Below, piece after piece: positions 59,948 through 64,000 of a stretch of 64,000 nt of DNA. The stretch covers positions 440 through 64,439 of IMG/VR virus record IMGVR_UViG_3300028832_000146, one strand, 5' to 3'. How positions within the stretch are numbered: position 1 is the stretch's first letter; each line of letters begins with the position of its first letter. The stretch is from a virus. Taxonomy: Duplodnaviria > Caudoviricetes. A program made the translations under genes and the position numbers. The notes beneath the pieces were generated by a model. That model worked only from the letters and a program-made list of their open reading frames with translations, searched no databases and was not told the DNA's origin.

Positions 59948-60951
59948 TGATCAGATACGATATAAAAGCATATACAAAAGAAGGAACATATATTACAACC
60001 ATTAATCCAAATGTTGTTATGAATGACATATCTTTTTCTTCAAACGTAAACGGGGGGCTTGGACAATTGAATTTAAACCTTGCGTTGAGTTTTGGGGATA
60101 CAACGTTTCATGGTGGGGAAATAATAAAAGTAATATTGTATAATGAAAGATACAAGCAAGGAAAACAGATTTATATGTGATTTGTTTCGCAAATTTCAAG
60201 GGTGTATGATACAAACAAAGGATATATAAAACTGGTTTGTTTGTGAATTGCGAGTTTATTAACAAGCGTATTGTTTACATGATCATATAACGGAACAGCG
60301 GAAACAATATTGAATGCAATTATTGCAGAATTCAACAGCAATTACGCTTGAAGTTTAATTTCAGTTGGTGGAATTGATGAATACGAAGAAAATATAAATG
60401 TGGAATTTAAAGATTGAACCAGTTGCCAAAAAGCAATCGAGCAAGTAAACGAAATCGCCAATTATTACCGGTTTATAAATGCAGAGTGAAAGTTCTATTT
60501 CAGAAAAAAGGGAACACAAACCGAGCATATCATGGCGAATAAACAAGAAGTTGAAAGCATGAATTTAAATTACAGCATTGAATCAATTGTAAACAGAATA
60601 TTTGTTTCAAGAAAAGACGGAACAGTAAAAATGTATGAAGATAATATTTCGCAAGGTTTATATGGAATAAAAGAAGAATACAGCAACCAGCAAAGCATAG
60701 TGGACGAAACAACGCAAGACGAATTTGGAAATAATTATATTGCCCAATATTCAAATCCAAAGAACGCAAGCACGGTGGTTGTAAATAGCGAATATGATAT
60801 TGAAAAAATTGAACCGTGAGACACAATAACAATTGTAAATTCAGAATATGAAATAAAGGATTTAACAATTGAAAAAATCAATTATTCTCCAAGTAAAGTT
60901 ACGTTGACTTTGGAAGAAAACGAAAGTTTATGGAGTGTAATTAGCGAATAA
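59947..60951 (+). CDS. Tail hub protein (Tal-like)
   Basis: Homolog of 26545. Confidence 0.7.
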
Positions 60952-60986
60952 AAGCCAAATTATTTTATATCTTATTATATTATATC

Positions 60987-63413
60987 ATGGTATTTGTGAA
61001 ATTCAGAAACACCAATAATGCAAGTTCAACACTTATTGCCGATATATCAGTAAGTGCAACAGCATTATTAATTAAAGATTGAGATCAATCTTTATTTCCA
61101 ACCAATTTTCCATTTCTTTTGACTTTGGAACATTTGGATTCAGAAGAAAATGTTATTTTAAGGGAAATCGTAAAAGTAACATGAAGTAACCAAAATTCAT
61201 TTACAGTTGAAAGAAGTGCGGGGGTTTGTGTTCAAGACGACACAGCTTCAAATAGAAGCCAAGACAACACAGCACATGCATTTTATTCATGAGATAGGGT
61301 TTCGCTTTATTGGACAGCCGAACAAGTAAGGGATATTCAAGAAAGATTGGAAACAAGCGTAAATGATCCAGCAATTGCGGACGAATACGATAATACAGCA
61401 ACATATGCAGTTTGAGATATTGTAATGTATAAGGGGGACAGATATTCATGCTCAACAGCCGTTTCAACACCGGAAGATTTTGACAGCACGAAATGGACAA
61501 AAATTTCGGTTGAATATAATCTCGATTCGCTTCAAACTCAAATTGACGATCTCGCAAGTCAAAGCGGTGCGAGTGACCATTTGGAAGATGAATGACTCGT
61601 TTGATCTTATTATGAAATAACTGATCCAATGTTCAGACAGTTGACAACAACTTATGACAACGCTTCAGTTGACGCGAACGTTTGAGATACAAACGCAAGC
61701 ACGGAAATTCATATTCAAAGACAAGGAAGCGGAACGGCAAGCAATCAATTAAAATTAAAAGTTAAAATGGCTTGATCACCAACAACAAGTTTGGTTGTCG
61801 AAGTAAGGAAATGAATTTCAGTTATAAATACGAATAAAAAAAGTTCTTATTGGTATTGAGACTCGAATAATGTTATTGCAACGGCTACTTTGCCATATAC
61901 AACATTTTCAAGTTCTTATCAAGAAATAACAGTTGCTTTAAATGAATCTTTTGGTTGAACTGAATGAGAATTATTGGACGTTGTTATTTATCAAGCAAGC
62001 CATATAGTAAACGCCAGCAATTATTATGTTGTCGCTTGCGATTCAACGCAACAATCCGACGCATTCCAATATTTAAAAATGGCGAACGATTACGAAACTA
62101 TAAAACAAACAGCGAATATTCCATATTGTGTTTCAGATTGATTCGCGAATATTTTATTGACAAGAGTTTCAACGACTGGTGCTTATGCGTTGCCAAGAAA
62201 TTTGAAAACATTATGAGAAAAAGCGAAGTTGACAACTTTGGGAAGACATACGGACGGGGTTTGGTTGGATCATAAATCCGAAGACACTATTGATTATATT
62301 CATTGATGATACAGCACATGGACGATTAAATGGTCTGAAACTTCAACGCCAGCGAGTGCTTTTGTAGATTACGAAGACGACGCAGAATGAATGACGCAAG
62401 GAAGTTCAGACTGGGACGCAATTTTCGGTTTTGAGTGAGTAAGATTAAACACTTCTTGAGTTGAAACTTGAAGCGTAGATTTAACAAATATGTCGAGTGA
62501 ATCATGATTGACTTCATGAGATAATGTTATGGTAAAATTTCCTATTCGTTGAATTAAAATGACAAAAAGTGGTTCAACTTGCACTTTATCAATAACAAAT
62601 AATCCAAACGCCGAAGACGAATGATTTCAATATTATGCACATTCTCGTTGAACTTTATCAAGCCCAGTAAAGAAAAACGCCTTTTATTTATGAGTTTATG
62701 AATGAAGTCTTTCAAGTTCGGTTTTGAAATCTTTATCGGGTGCGACAGTCGAATCAAATCACACAATGTGAGATTTTATAGGTTATGCAAGGGCGAACGA
62801 TTGAAATTCTTGAAATGGTGGTTATGACATAGTTTGATTCTATCAAAGAATGTATATAAACGCTTTATATATGATGAAATATTGAAATATTGATTCTCAA
62901 TGAACTATCGGACAATGAATCGTTTCATGATCAAAACAAGCGTCATGATGAAGTAATTCAATTGCGGGTGCTACTGGTTGAAATACTTGAAATCAAACAA
63001 GCTACATGAAATTATTCGGACTTGAAAACTGGTGGTGAAATGTTTCTGAATGGCTTGGTTGAATTTGCACAGATTGAAGCAAAAATTTATGGACAGCACT
63101 TCAAGGATTCGCCGGAGATATAACAACAAGTTCGCCATACGAAAATACTTGAGTGACTATAACGACAACAAGTTGAAACGATCTTTCAAGTATATCATGA
63201 GATAATAAAGCTATGTTTGCACCGCTTTGAACGGTAAATAATTCAAGCTACAATACTTATTATTGCGATTATGTGTATGTGAGTGCTTCTTGTTTGGCTC
63301 GTGCCGGTGGTTATTATAGTATTGGTGCGCTTGCTGGAGCTTTCTTTTTGGATGTGAAGTATTCCGCTTCGAGTTCGAATACGGATATCGGTTCTCGCTT
63401 AATGTTCCTTTAG
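60987..63413 (+). CDS. Receptor-binding protein, DGR target, 808 aa
   Basis: Homolog of 27581 with C-terminal VR. Confidence 0.85.
63264..63413 (+). repeat. DGR variable repeat VR-B
   Basis: 18 mismatches at TR-B adenines and 2 non-A mismatches before the IMH. Confidence 0.95.
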
Positions 63414-63503
63414 CGAAGCGTAAGCGAAGCCCCCCTTTCCGTCGCTTGCGACGGTCAACCACTTCAACTCTGCCGAAGGCTTTTTACTTCACGCGATCAA
63501 AAA

Positions 63504-63695
63504 ATGAAAATAAATATTCAAATTGAAACAAACGACAAAAATCAAGAATATACTTTGTGACCTTATGGGGAGTGGGAACTCCCCAAAGAGTCCGAAGTAA
63601 ATATAATAATAAAAAATAATCCGTCCGAAGATGACATAAATCAAGAAGTCGAAAGAAGAATAAGGGAAAAGAAAATCAAGGAAATAAAAATATAA
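63504..63695 (+). CDS. Small ORF between VR and TR, 63 aa
   Basis: MKINIQIETND..; positional counterpart of 30105. Confidence 0.55.
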
Positions 63696-63805
63696 AAAAT
63701 TTTTGGGTTATATGGTCGAAGACGAGTTAAAAATTACGTTTTCGCCTTTGTTGGCTATACGACTGTAAACAAACCATGTATAAGCTCAATGGGGATTGTA
63801 AAAAT

Positions 63806-63955
63806 TGCGATAATGTGAATGTGAATGCTTCTCGTTTGGCTCATACCAGTGGTAATTATAGTAATGGTGCGAATGCTGGAACTTTCTATTTGAATGTGAA
63901 TAATTCCACTTCGAATTCGAATACGAATATCGGTTCTCACTTAACGTTCTTTATA
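63806..63955 (+). repeat. DGR template repeat TR-B
   Basis: Differs from TR-A at 5 positions. Confidence 0.95.
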
Positions 63956-64000
63956 AATTCCCTATTTTAATTCAAAACCTATGATGTGCTTGATTTTTCC

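Larger units (their letters stand above)
31917..64000 (+). mobile_element. Phage unit B (diverged relative of unit A, cut by the window end after its TR)
   Basis: Same gene order as A with extra or replaced accessory genes; ends in the TR spacer. Confidence 0.9.

Noticed and set aside
1-64000. TGA as Trp (code 4), or TGA as stop with mass pseudogenisation
   Set aside because: TGA aligns with GGN in paralogs and fills Gly motif positions; all genes are full length when it is read as Gly.

Overview
The window holds two tandem, colinear, diverged copies of a ~31-33 kb siphovirus-like phage: unit A (~531-31903) and unit B (~31917 to the window end). It begins with the 3' half of a DGR reverse transcriptase. 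Every gene I can support is on the + strand, and I see no host genes. The supplied standard-code ORF track fragments almost every gene because the DNA is recoded. A-versus-B alignments and family motifs show TGA = Gly and CGA/CGG = Trp, the code known from Absconditabacterales (SR1, CPR), which is the inferred host. All CDS coordinates below use that code. Gene order in each unit: lysis module (holin, papain-like peptidase), tyrosine recombinase, structured early leader, replication/recombination genes (initiator, ERF, NinG-like), terminase, HK97-type head, non-contractile tail, and a receptor-binding protein diversified by its own DGR (VR, TR, RT, no recognisable avd). Most notable observations: (1) a B-only ParB-like + Mom-like + distorted tRNA-Gly cassette, with the Mom-like gene frameshifted at a G9 tract; (2) a covarying pseudoknot leader and an inverted 29-nt core upstream of the initiator; (3) a likely +1 frameshift at CCC-AGT and an RBS-masking pseudoknot at the tail chaperone; (4) near-total CCGG avoidance in unit A only. 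The A-B junction may be real or an assembly chimera. All counts and alignments were done by eye.
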